A stretch of DNA of 60,682 nucleotides, from positions 328,969 through 389,650 of the forward strand of contig NW_004797693.1 of assembly GCF_000002075.1 (NCBI RefSeq). Direction: 5' to 3'. A model generated the notes under the pieces. That model was not told the origin of the DNA. It did not search any database and saw only the letters and a list, made by a program, of their open reading frames with translations. Below are positions 1 through 12,700 of the stretch, piece after piece. Position numbers and translations under genes: made by a program. The stretch is from Aplysia californica (taxonomy: Eukaryota). Positions within the stretch are counted from its first letter, which is position 1, and every line of letters starts with the position of its first letter.

Positions 1-648
1 CTATGCTGTTCAAAGTAGATCCACTCCTAAGAAGAGTATGTAGTGCTCTGCCCAGAAAAAAAAGCCCATAGAAGTGCTGGACACTGGTGAGGTACTCTTG
101 AAACTTGTTTGGATACATGGAAGTTGAGGTTCAAACCTGTTAAGAAATTATAATTATTTTCATCGTCCTACCTGGAATGCTTTCTTTACTCTTATACTAA
201 TATGTATAGTCCATATGTCATGGCTGTCTTGTGTTCAGGCTTACCTTTTACATATGTCGTGTATATGGCAATAGAAGTTCTGAGTGGGGACAATGTGTTG
301 AAGAAATAAGCAGATGAGGGATGGGGGGATGGGAGAGTCTGTGGCGGTAAAGAACTTGACTTTGTGATTTAATAATTAATTATGTAAGACAGATGGTCAA
401 ATACCTTGCTCCAGATATGCGTTATGAAAAAGAAAGTTCTGGTTATGCCAATGAATTTTAGTGTGTAAAGCGCATAGAGCTTTCTGTCAAGCGAGAATAT
501 GCGCTATACAAATGCTATTTATTACTATTGATGAATTTTACGATCTTTTCCAAGCATGTTGTTGTTGGTGTTGTGGAACTTTTTAGATTATAATCTTCCT
601 GTGGATGTTCCTCCACTAAAGGTGAGCTGTTTGTCCGTGTTGTTGCAG

Positions 649-776
649 GAATTTTTAGCTGCTGAAATCAAGGATGGGAAGGTGCGCTTCAGCTGGGAAT
701 CTGGTAAAGGCTTGGGCTCCGTGTCCCATGGTCGGTCTCTGGAGCCGCAGAAGTGGTACAAAGTGGTGGCCAAGAG
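649..776 (+). CDS. LAMA: laminin alpha exon (LG1: EFLAAEIKDGKVRFSW...WYKVVAK)
   Basis: ttgcag acceptor, gtaggt donor, LamG motif. Confidence 0.88.
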
Positions 777-3700
777 GTAGGTGGTTTTCTTCTGTTATGT
801 TTGAATTTAAACCCTCTCAGCACTGATCCGTTGAAATTATGAAACTCCATTAAATTTTACTTCTCTCTATTACTGTTGAGTTTTTAAAAATGTTTTCCTC
901 TCTATCCATAAAATGTGGAGTGTCAGTTATGTACTAACAACTTTCTGGGCGTTTCTTCTCCTTTTCTTTGGACGTCACTCTTTAGTAACACCTCTACTCT
1001 TCGGCACAATTGTATTACCTAATTGTGTTGCAAGTGCCGTAAAACTCATTTACAACTTTGCGGTCACTTGGCGCATCGGTGAAAATTATCTGTTTCGGTC
1101 ACCTGCGAGAAGTCTGTTGCAGTCGCTCTCCTGGCTGGGTGACCAAATGGGGTATTTTATACTGCTGGCTGTGTGACTGCAAAGTGTTAAAAATCTAGAA
1201 CTACAACTTTTTCATCCCAAATACAGAGGTTAGGCAACGGTAAAACTCTGAATAAAACTAGAACTACAGCTGTTTCAGCCCAAATACAAAGGCTAGGCAA
1301 CTGCAAAACTCTTAGTAAAACTAGATCTGCAATTGTTTTGTCCCATATTCAGAGTGGGCTCCATTGGTCAGCTCAAGGTGTGGAGCCTGGAGGAGAGCAC
1401 AGAGAAGAGGACCAACGAGGAAGTGGCCAGTGCTGGGGCAGGCTGCTCCCTGCTCAACCTCAATGAGGATTCCTCCGTCTTCTTGGCTGGCACCAGCAAC
1501 CTTCATCCGGTGAGCTGTACATCATTTTTTTTAGCTGAAATTTTTGTTTTAGTGTTCATGTGTGGGCAGTGGCTTTGGTAAACCTGATAGAATGGGCCCA
1601 GCCTTTTGTAGAGACACAGTCCGCAACCATAAGATACTGACTTGGTATTAAACTGGAATCCCTGTCATGTTTTGCCTTTCTTTATTTCATTTGTTGTTGT
1701 TTTTTTAAATTGTAATAACAAAGCGTAAAAAAATTGACAGTATGTCTACACATTGAAAAAAAATTTGGTTTTAGCAGAATCATAGCGATATTGCCCAAAA
1801 ATGTCTGAGAAAGCAATTCCCCATTTTTTATATGGAAAAATATGTGGTAAAGCCTAATACAGTCTCAAAATCTCTTGAGTTGAAGTAAACACTATCCTTG
1901 TAGTTGTGGTTCTATTATAGTAATTAATAAAGAACTTTATCTCTGTGTTGGCAGATCCCAGCTGGAATTACTCGGGAAAACTTTGTGGGCTGCCTTGGAG
2001 AAGTGTCCATCGACAACAGTAAGCTGGGAGTCTACAACTTCAAAACAAATGAGCCTGAACATTGCACAGCTTGCAAACAGATGTAAGTGGGATTGTTTTT
2101 AGATTCACTTTTCTACAACTTGTTACAAGCAGTGCTATTTATAAGCATGCTTTGATTTTAAAGAGTCTGGAGGAGAGTAGGCCCCTACCTCTTATTTTTT
2201 CTTCATCGCAATGTGCATAAAATGAAGTTTTTCAAGTATACAAATGTTTCACTTTGCTACTTCTTTTCAGACCATTATAAGCAACCAACTTGGTCCCACA
2301 TGCTCATATGACCTAGCAAATGGGAGTGAAGTAAAACTTTTACCAAACAGAAACTGATAAATGACTTCCTATTATTGCATCAGTAGTCAGAAATACTAAA
2401 ATTGTGGCTTTTTTCTTTACTTCAGTTGTCAAAAGTACTAAAATTACGACTTTCTCTCTGTATCTTGTCTGTACCAGACCGCTGGTGGAGCTTGGCGATG
2501 GCAAGACCTATGTTTTCAATGGGCGAGGGTTTGCCCGCTTTGAGGTCCTTGGAGGCTACTCATCTTCTCGCACCAAAGTGGAGTTGGAGTTCAAAACTTT
2601 CTGGGAGAACTCCACCATCTTTTTTGTGGGCAATGAGGAACTGGTAAAGTTGTGATATTTTTCTTTTGACAAACTTTTTAAAACATCACAGGTTATGATG
2701 TTCTGCTTTGAGCTGCCACTGGGACACAATGAATTTAGGGCATTTGACATCGGTAGTCTAGTGGTTAGGCTACTAGATTCGTAATCGCGAGGTTACAAGT
2801 TCGGGGTTGGAGCCACAGGCCCGATGTTGTGTCCTTGGGAAAGGCACTTTACTCAAATTTTCCTCACTTCATCCGGAAATGGGTTCCCGGCCATAGACAA
2901 CGAAAGATCTTGTTCGGTATGTTAGTGTTCTAGTGCTTATAAATGGCAGCTTGAACTGTATACTTTCCAGGAAGTTGAGATTATTTCAGAATGCTGTCAG
3001 TCTTCTGAGGCAGGCTAATAATATAGATTGTAAAGCTTGCTGTTGAGCGTGAATCTGCGCTATACAAATGCTATCTATTATTATTATGTATTGGAATAGT
3101 GTCTCTTACAAAGTTATCTATTCCCATTTTTTTTCTAAGACAGTAGTGTTTTGCTACCTATCACAGGATTGCTTGTTGAAAATGAGACCGGTTGAATAAA
3201 ATTCGTTTTGAAATGATGATCTACTCAGGAATATTATTTGGATATAGTAAGAGTTCAAGCACAACAGATGTCAAACATATTTAATATTATCAGGGTCAGA
3301 GTACAGTGAATTAAAAATAAAAAATCTTTGAAGCCTTATAATCTTATGGTCTTGAATTATGTTATCTACTAGGGTGACTTCTGTTCCATTGAGCTGGTCA
3401 ACGGCCGAGTGCAGGTCAAGTTCAACATGGGTGGCAACAGCAAAGGTTCTGGAATCACAGCCAACACATACAACAGTAACCAGTGGACCAAAGTCACGTT
3501 TGATCGGAAAAAATTGCAGGGTAAATCTCTTAGTGGCGTCAGCTTTTCTTCGGTTTTTTTCCTTCTATTTTTGTATATGATTACCCTCACTTGAACAACT
3601 AATTTTCTTTAGAACAGGGTGATGGGTACCTTTAGATCTCACCTGTCAGTGCATCCCCAAACTAAGTGGAATATGTTGCGGCAGAAAATGGAGACGTTTG

Positions 3701-6700
3701 ATAAAATGTTTTCCTTACTTTGGAATCAAACTTGTTGTTTGATTGTAGTGTGATGAGCCCCACAATGTTTGCCATAGAGTTGTTTAATAGAGTAAAAACA
3801 CCAATGTTGGAATAGCAGTGAATAAACCATTATTGTTCAGGAGGCAGCAAATGTCTTCATTACCTACAAGTGAGTAGTTGCATCCAGAAATTTGCCCTCT
3901 CGTAAGTGATTGTTCATCAATAAGCATTTATGCGCTCATTATCTATAGCATTTGTAATATACCCTGAATTTGGTTGCCCCAAACAGATGTAGAACAGAAA
4001 AATACCAGAAACAGCTTTGTGAAAACTTGATTTGGGGTCTTGACTGTTGGCACAAAAACCCCCCCAGGAATTTTTCATGTGAGGCTTGGAGGCAGCTTGG
4101 AGAAGGGACAAAATCTTCTTTCAAAATGTTGTCGTTTAGCTGGGTTTTTAATGGAGTCCTTCACTTGCAGTGTGTCCTGTTATACTTAAAGTTGTCCTAT
4201 TTTGAATGTAGCTGGATAACTTATGCCTTGTGTTGCTAAAGGAAGGTGGGTGGTTGGCGGGCACTCCTTCTTTCCAGTAAAACATCTATTGTCTTTATCT
4301 CTCCTCCTATTCCTGTATGTTACTCTCTGGTAACACCTCTAATCTTCGGCACTTATACGACCTATTTGTGTTGCAAGTGACATAAAACACTTCTAAAACT
4401 AATCAAACTAAACCTTAAAGGAAGCTTCTCATTTTTAAGAGAATGTTGGCCTTCAGTGAGTTTAATCATATATTTTTGTTCCCTCGTTACGGCTGTGCTC
4501 CGATCCAACGTTGTGTCCTTGGGAAAGGCACTTTATACAAATTTCCCATTTGGCTTGGTCCTTTCAAAAATGGACATTTAACTCGGAGGCGACGCCTCTT
4601 AAATAATCTAACTGTGTTGTTAGGGGTGGTAAATATTGAAATTTCACCATTTTTGTTTTTTCAGCTGTGCTCATTGTGAACTCAGAGAAGATCCCGATGT
4701 CAGCCTCAGGCCCCAACAGTGGTCTGGACCTGCAGGGAGCCCCTATGTACTACGGTGGCCTGCCCACCACATTCTCCTTGAGCAAGTTCCAAGGCTTGTA
4801 TGTACCTTTCTGTAGAAGTGTCCAGATTTTATTGATGTTTTTTCCTTACTGCCCCCTTGAATATTTTTTTGATGTCTGAATACTACGAAAAGGATCTTGT
4901 TTTGGTTCTCTAAGTAGACGCATTCACACATTTGTGCTCACCTGCAGACACCCACAGACACCTTGTCTACCCGTGTATGCCTATACAATGGCACTGTCCA
5001 CACCCACGCACATACACTTATCAACTCATTGATGTGGGTGGTTGGCGGGGGCTCTAGTGTGGTTTGCTCCTTCCTTCCTATAAAACATCTATCATGCTGA
5101 TCTCTCCTCCGTCTTTTTTGTGTTTGTTACTCTCTTCTGACACCTCTAATCTTTGGCACTTCTCTGACCTTATTGTGTTGAAAGTGCCGTAAAATTCATA
5201 CTAAAACCAAACTAAAGACACAGGCACTTATGCATGCTCACTAAGTGTACAAGGATATTGTATGCCTGTGGTGCGAGTCCATATCCTGAGCAGCTGTAAG
5301 ACCCTTAGGATGAAAGGGCATAACAGTTGAATCTGAAGAAAAAAGTATCTTTTATAGTGTTCAGAATACAGTAGTAGCCTGTCACACAAGAGTGGTCTGT
5401 TTTAATTCTCTAATTGTAAACTCTTTTTTCTTTTCTTTTTGTTTTTTTCAGAACTCAGACCAGATTCTTCTATGGCTGCATGAAGGGTCTGACATTTGGC
5501 TCCTTACCCCCAGAGGATGATACAAGTGTTTTTGTCAATGTGCAGACCAGCTCAGGCTGTCGGGAGAATGTAAGTAGCTTTACAAATATAAGTTTAAAAA
5601 CAGTATAGATAAGGAGTCACTAGTGTTACTGTTTTTGCTCTTGTTGTTGTTTCAAAGGTCATACTAGTGCAGATTACAGACCTGGGATTTTAGACAGACC
5701 AGGGGGTATTTGTCTTGGGCTTCATGTACGTGATGTTTTTGTGCTATTTTGGAGGCAGTAGGATAAGCTGTGACATTCTGGCACTGTTCAGGAGTCTCTC
5801 TGTTTATTTGATAAGAAAACTGTTGCCACTAGCAGTGAGAAATGAGATGAATATTTGACTGCATGAAGCTTTTCTACTGAAATGTTTTTAGAATTGAAGG
5901 CTTTATTTCCTGTTTGTGAGTCACACCCCCTGTGTGTTTATTACAAGGAATATTGGATAGAAACTGAAGTGGTAACTGAGAATATCAGCAGAAGGCAGAC
6001 TCATTTCGCTGACTTCATTTCTGATGAAAAGTTAATGTTGCTCTTTTGAATGGGTGAACTTGTTCCATTCATAGGTCTTTTAAAGTTTAAGTTTGTATGT
6101 TTTTTCACAAACAGTTTGTTATTACTTTGTTTCCTTTTTTAATGCTGTTTTTCTCAGTGTCAGTATTTTCCTGTTTAATAGTGTATTCTCAGCAATCTAA
6201 ATGTATCAGTACAGGATATGTGTGGATATTTGAAAAAAAAATGTTTTGCAAAATTAGCACCTACTTTAGTTTTGTCCTACATTCCATAAATCAACTATAT
6301 TCTATTTTGTTATTTCCCAGGGCATCCACACTGTTGGCTTTAGAGGAGATGGCTATCTGACTCTTAAAAGCGAGTACATTGGATTCAACAAACAGAAAAA
6401 TGATATCTCTTTGACTTTTGTCACAAAAGAGAAGGATGCTGTGATTCTTATTGCCAGAGACATTCCAGGAGAGGTATGAAACACCCCTCCCCCCCCCCCC
6501 CTTTATTTTAGGGAACATACCCCCCTTTATATTTGTCGAAATAGTGAATTTTTCTAACTTTGTTCAGTATTACCTTTGAGACAATTCAGCTTTCTGTAGA
6601 TAGGAACAGACAGAAGGAAAAAAAGAAGTTGTTGAAAATATATTTCCTATCTAACCCATATTTGCCATCTTCAGAGAACATGGACTGAAGGCCAGTATAG

Positions 6701-9700
6701 CCCTAGCACTGTTGTCTGATGTGATGGAACAAATCCTTACTAATTTCAGAGCTAATTTGACAGTGGGTTTTTCTTTCTTCTTCATTAGTTTTTCTACAAA
6801 ATTTGCCAAGGTATTTAATTGTAAGTTTTTCAACTGCCAGTGCATAGTTTACCTGTATAATCTTTTTTTTAAAATACGAAATTGTAGTGTCTGTGGCTTC
6901 TTAGGTTTTTAGTTTTACCCCTAATTGTTCATGATGATCAGAATTACTTCAGTTCTGGGTATGGTCCAATTGAATTCCCTGGCAGGCAGCCATAAAAGCC
7001 GAATCTTTAACTTTGGAATGACAAAGGTTTCTTGTGACAAATGTTTTACATAAATACAGAAGTCCACTGAAACTGAAAGAGAGGTTGTGCAAATAGGAAA
7101 GAAAAATTTGGGATTTTATTTACTTTCAGTTTACCACTGTTTTCTGACTGTCTGTGTTTGTCTTAAGCGGACTCCACTGTACATACTTTTAATATATTAA
7201 TAAAGAGGTTTTGTCGCTTTTACTAAGCCTGTGAGAGTGAACTGAGGCTGTTTTAGGTAGGCTACCTATTAGCAGAGTGATGGAGATGATTCAATAAAAC
7301 TATTCTATTTCATAGGAATTAAACTTGGGTCTTCTGTATTTGGCTGTGACTCTGCTGTCAGGGCATTCTGCTCTCACAAAGTAAATGTGAGGCATCATGG
7401 TGAAATCAGGCAGTCGTCAAAATAATTAAACTGAAGAAATTGACATTTTTCTGCCCGCTAGGCAATTTTTATCTTAGCAAATGAACAAGCTTTAGGATAA
7501 TATCAATAATTCCATATACCCAAGAAGTGGTGAGCACCTGATTCCTCTGCGTTGTGGCACAAATATTATTATTTAGTTTGTTAAGTAATCAAGACAGCTC
7601 TTCAAATNNNNNNNNNNNNNNNNNNNNNNNNNNNNNNNNNNNNNNNNNNNNNNNNNNNNNNNNNNNNNNNNNNNNNNNNNNNNNNNNNNNNNNNNNNNNN
7701 NNNNNNNTTAAGTAATCAAGACAGCTCTTCAAATGAAGTTGGACAAAGTAATGCTTATTCTGTGGAAAAAGTGAATGATTCAAACATTACTCAGTGTCAG
7801 TTTTTAGACAACTCAGTTGGCTTTGCCTTTCAAGCCTTTGGTAAGAATAGAAAAAGGAAGAACAAAAACAGTTGAAAAGAAAATATTATTTTCTTTCCAA
7901 ATGCCTAAGATCTGAAAAGATAAAAATGTTGCTGTTCTTAAACTTTTTTCCTGAGAATTTGTAGAATACTCAGAAACAATATGAATGACTGGTGCTTTTC
8001 CCAATACTGATTATATTATAAGGGATGCATGGGTCATATTAACTTCTGTTTCAGAACTACTACTCCATTGCTCTTGTGGACGGCCGTATGGAGGCCAGGA
8101 TAAGGTCTGACGGGAACCAGCCAGTGGGGATACAGGCTAAAGAACGCTTCAACGATGGAGTCATGCATTGTGTGTCTCTCATCAAAGATGGAAAGATGTG
8201 AGTTTTAAACAATTATTTGTCGTTGACTATAAAAAAAGTAAAGTTGTTCCCACATCCGATCCGGACATTGGGGATTGTCTTGTTAATGAGACAACTTCCT
8301 GGGCCTTTGGCGCTTTGTGGTAGGGTGGCCAGTTCCTTTCCACTCCGCCTTTACTTCCCCAACTCGGAGTTAGTTACCCATTTCTGCTGGGTGGGCAGGA
8401 GGTGGCGAAAAAAATGCGTGTCCGAAACGAGGCTCGAACCCGGACTTTCCGCTTTCAGACTACTGAACCCAAAATAGAACATACTCAAAGATGGAGCGTG
8501 TTGTTATCTATCGGAATACAGTGCTGAAAGGAAATATTCTACCAGAAAACCAATAACAAAAAGGAATCCTTCTTGGAATTGGTCCTGGAACTTATGCATA
8601 ACAAATAATAAAAGTTAAATGAATAAACTTTCTAGACCGGGTTTGCAAATTGTAATATAAAAGTGAAGCTCATAAGTCTTTGGGTAGAGTCTGTTGTTTG
8701 GTTTTTGGAAAGTTGGCAGCTACGGTATCAGGATTATGAATTCAAATATCAAATAATGCAACATTCTATATTTTACAGTGTCGATGTTATGAAAAGAACA
8801 AATACCAATGAATGCCACATTTTATATTTTACAGTATCAAGGTTGTGAGATTTAAAGAATGTCAGGTTCTATATTTTACAGTGTCAAACTGGTAGTGAAG
8901 GTTATGAGAGATGAAGAACTAATATGTATGAATGCCACTTTTTAAATTTTACACTATCAAGGTTATGAGACGTTAAGAAGAAATACCAAGGAATGCTACT
9001 TTCTATATTTTACAGTATCGAGATTTTGAGATATAAAGAACAAATGCCAATAAATGCCACATTCTATATTATACAGTATCGAGATTTTGAGATGTAAAAA
9101 AACAAATGCCAATGAATGCCAAATTCTCTATTTTACAGTATCAAGCTAGTGGTGGACGACAAGGTCCTGGGCACAGACTCAGCCCTGGATGTGTCGTTCT
9201 TTAATGGAGGAGACCTGTACCTTGGAGGTTCTCCGATAGATGTGGATGACATTGCCCCCACCAGTATCAAGCTGGATGGATGTATCAGTGATGTCATTGC
9301 CAATGGAAAGTGAGTGGATGGAGTCATATTTGATGTGTATACTTTTACTTGCTGTGGTGTCTTATCCCTTTGAGTCCTTGTACCCTAAGCTTGCTCTTTC
9401 TTGTATGAAATTATGTGCGGAGCTGTACTTCAGGGCTATGATTCAGCCCGCAGATAATTTTGACTCTAGACGCAATTAATTTATTACCACTTCGTGACCT
9501 CACTGGTTGTCTCACACAAAGTTAATAAAGAAATATCTAAATTTGATAAAACCCTATGCGTGATATATAGAAATGTTTAGAATAAGAAATACTAATCAAT
9601 GACACCAGGAAAAGAGGGTTGAAATATAAGTGGTAAGAAAAAGAAGAGAGGAAAGTCATGTGAAGAAAGGGAGCAATGGGTAAGAGCTGTTCTTAGCGGC

Positions 9701-12700
9701 TCTGCGTCAAAACACAGGAACCTGTCAGCCACTGTGAGCGGTGCTGCGGGCTGAATAAGTTAAGAAAAAATGTAGGAGGAAAAGAGAAAACTTTCATTCA
9801 AAAAAGAAAAGAGAATCTGTATAAAGATATCTTCCTCTTCTTCATATTGCAGATTTTGTGACACAAATGTCAGTTTAGAAAATTTTTAATTGATAAGGAT
9901 AGATAAAGTTTTGATTAGTCTGAGTGGGACAGGGGATATAGACAGTCTACCATCTCTTCAAACTGGGGCACAAATCTTTCATTGGTGCAGTACCATACTT
10001 ATTCCATATATTATATGAATGGCATCATCTGCCTTAGTTCAAAATTGTCTTCTTTCCTGCTCTATTTTGTGTCTAATAACCATAGGTCTAAAGTAAGGGT
10101 AAGAGTCTATCACTTCTTTCAACACCGTTATGTTATTTAAGAGATGACACCTCTGAATTTATGTCTGTCTCTGATAAGACTGAACCAGTTGGGTTTAGAG
10201 CTTTGAAAAGTCCACTAGACAACCAGAGATTTTAAGAAAGCCCCATTGAGGATTCAAACCAGGGATGTCTGCTTTACAGTTCAGCAAGTTTTCACCTGAG
10301 CTAATAGAGGGCCCACCAAAGATCTGGTCAAGGGCATAAAAATAGATCCCTGAAAATCTAAATATGGAGCCTGCTTTCCAATTGATGACTGGTTATGTCT
10401 AGTTAGGCTTTATGCTCATATATGAGCTACTTAAGTTTGTTTTCAAGGTCTGCATTTTATTCTTCAGGTTGCTATCCATGAGCGATGCCAAGCAATACAT
10501 GCGGGCTGATGTAGGTCGCTGCCATCTGACAACCAACATGAATGAGCCCGTTGTGGTGCCTAAAGTAGATGAAGCAGAGGAAGAACCGACAGAGGAGCCC
10601 ACCATTCCGACCTCCTCGAATCTATCTGGCAACACACCTGTGTCACCTACATCAGTACCCACTTCCTGTGCCTCAGAGGGGAATCCTGCTCAAGAAGATG
10701 ATGCCAAGTCTGTAGCCAACGGGGCTACTTTCTTTGCTGAAATTTCTAAAGTGAAGAAGAAAGAACTGGCCAGGAGGTAAGACATGTAGAGATTCTGCTA
10801 AGTTTGTGCTCATTGGTTTGACAGTGTCCTTTATAGATCCTGTTTGTTTGCTTTCCTCACATTAATGGTGCAAACAAATGTTGTAATTTCTTTGTTTAAA
10901 TTCTAAGACAATAAACCTCAAGAGTTCTCAGGTTTCTCCTCCTTTGATAACTCTTTCTGTCTGCCATTGTTTGTTTGTCCTGTTTTTGGAAAAGCCTGTC
11001 TTTTCCTTATAAGCTTATCTTTGCAATAAGCTGAATAGACACCTAGACAAAAACGTTTGTGCTATATTGTAAGATGCACTCGGAACAGATGGTGGACTGT
11101 GTGTTCATGTTTTTGTATAGAAGGTCATACTGTCACCAGGATATGTTTTTATTTCTTATAAAGTATTTAACTTCAATTCTGGGCTGTCGTTCAATTCAAT
11201 ACTGCATTTCAATTGTGCATAATTTTTTGAAGTTAGGTTACTTAATTGAATTCATTGGAGAGTTATGGCACAGTTTTGGTTCAAAATTCAATACACATAC
11301 TTTTTCTTTCTTTTGTCTTCTCAGCCAATGATTTGGAGTCTTCAAAGATGTTCCTTTTCTTTTCCCTCAAACATAGGTTCGACTTCACTTTCGATTTCCG
11401 TACCTACTATGCTGATGGGTTGTTTGGTTACTTGACCAATGCAGACAAGTCATTTTACTTTGGCATCCAGTTGCGAGACGGAAAGCTGGAGGTGTCCTAT
11501 GTGTACCTGGGTCAGCCAATGGTTCTACGTTACAACGAGCTTCTTAACGATGGCAAATGGCACTCTGTAAGTAGTTGTACTGACTGTCAGGCTCGGCGGA
11601 GGTGGTTACAAGAATCATTTTACTTTTTCCGTTTTCCTTTTTAGGGAAGACTATTTTAAAAGTTATGAGATAGTCTTGTGAGACATGCAGCAATGAAGTA
11701 GTTATATTTTAGTTGTAATATTCTTTGGAGAAAGCTGTATATATTTGTTTCAGTTTTCTCCTTTGTGCGATTTTGACTGACTCACTAAGGCTTCTGACTC
11801 TGATTGCAGGTTTGCGCGCTAGGATGCAGCATTTTGAGGTTGTATTAAAACAGTTGTAGGCATGCTCCCAAAGAGGACAGTAGCAAATGAGGTTTTTATA
11901 TGTACTCCTTATCATTCAAACAAGCCTGAGCCTCAAAACAAACACTCTTATCAAGCATTATTTTTATGTTAAGATATGAAATTGAAGATGTTACGTTCAG
12001 TAGCAGTAGTTGGTTTTTTTGTTTTTTGTTGAGGAGTTATTTTTTTTGCTCCGTCAGACAATCAGAACATGGGGGGCTCAAATCATCTCAGATATGGGCT
12101 CAGAAGAATTGAAAATGGAAAAGTTTATTTTAACTTCCATGCTGTCTGCAAGCAATAGTTGGTATAAAAACTGTTATAGTTCGATAGTGAAAACTTGCTT
12201 GCTTCCAAATTCCTATGGAAGTAAAGAAACCCCCCCCAGACTAACAATAAAAAGTCATGGGGGCTCTGCTAGTCCGATATGGCCTGTATATAGAGCTTGC
12301 TATTATGGAAGCATGCTAAAATTGAAATAATATGTATAAGTCTTGTTTCTCCCTGAGAGAAGTTCATATAATTCACTCTTATCGTTTTGGATTGTCTTGC
12401 ACGTTTAGTGGCACCTTCTTCTTAACTTTCTGAAGGACATGAAGCGTTCCTACCATGTAAACCTACATTGAGAATCTTTCCCTTGTTTTCTGATGTCAGG
12501 TTTGTAAAATCTTTCTAAAGTTTTACTTCATTCTACATGTTCCCAAGTAACTTACTCAGGTGTTTCAATGAATATGTTACCAGGTAGAAGTTAAGAAAAA
12601 GGGCGAGTCTGTCAGTGTCAGTTACGATGGCAAAACCGCGAAGAGTGACCTCATTGACCAGCGACTGGACATCAAGTTGCCCCTCCGTCTGGGTGGACCG

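Noticed and set aside
587-648. Apparent micro-exon (DYNLPVDVPPLK) with a gtgagc donor just before exon 649
   Set aside because: It would need a 27-nt intron, which is too short; no support without RNA data.
7581-7734. Identical 27-bp sequence TTAAGTAATCAAGACAGCTCTTCAAAT on both sides of a 100-N gap
   Set aside because: Most likely an unmerged contig overlap (assembly artefact), not a biological repeat.
8755-9145. Regularly spaced repeat that superficially resembles a CRISPR array
   Set aside because: The inter-repeat segments are homologous to each other, the context is a eukaryotic intron and there are no cas genes.
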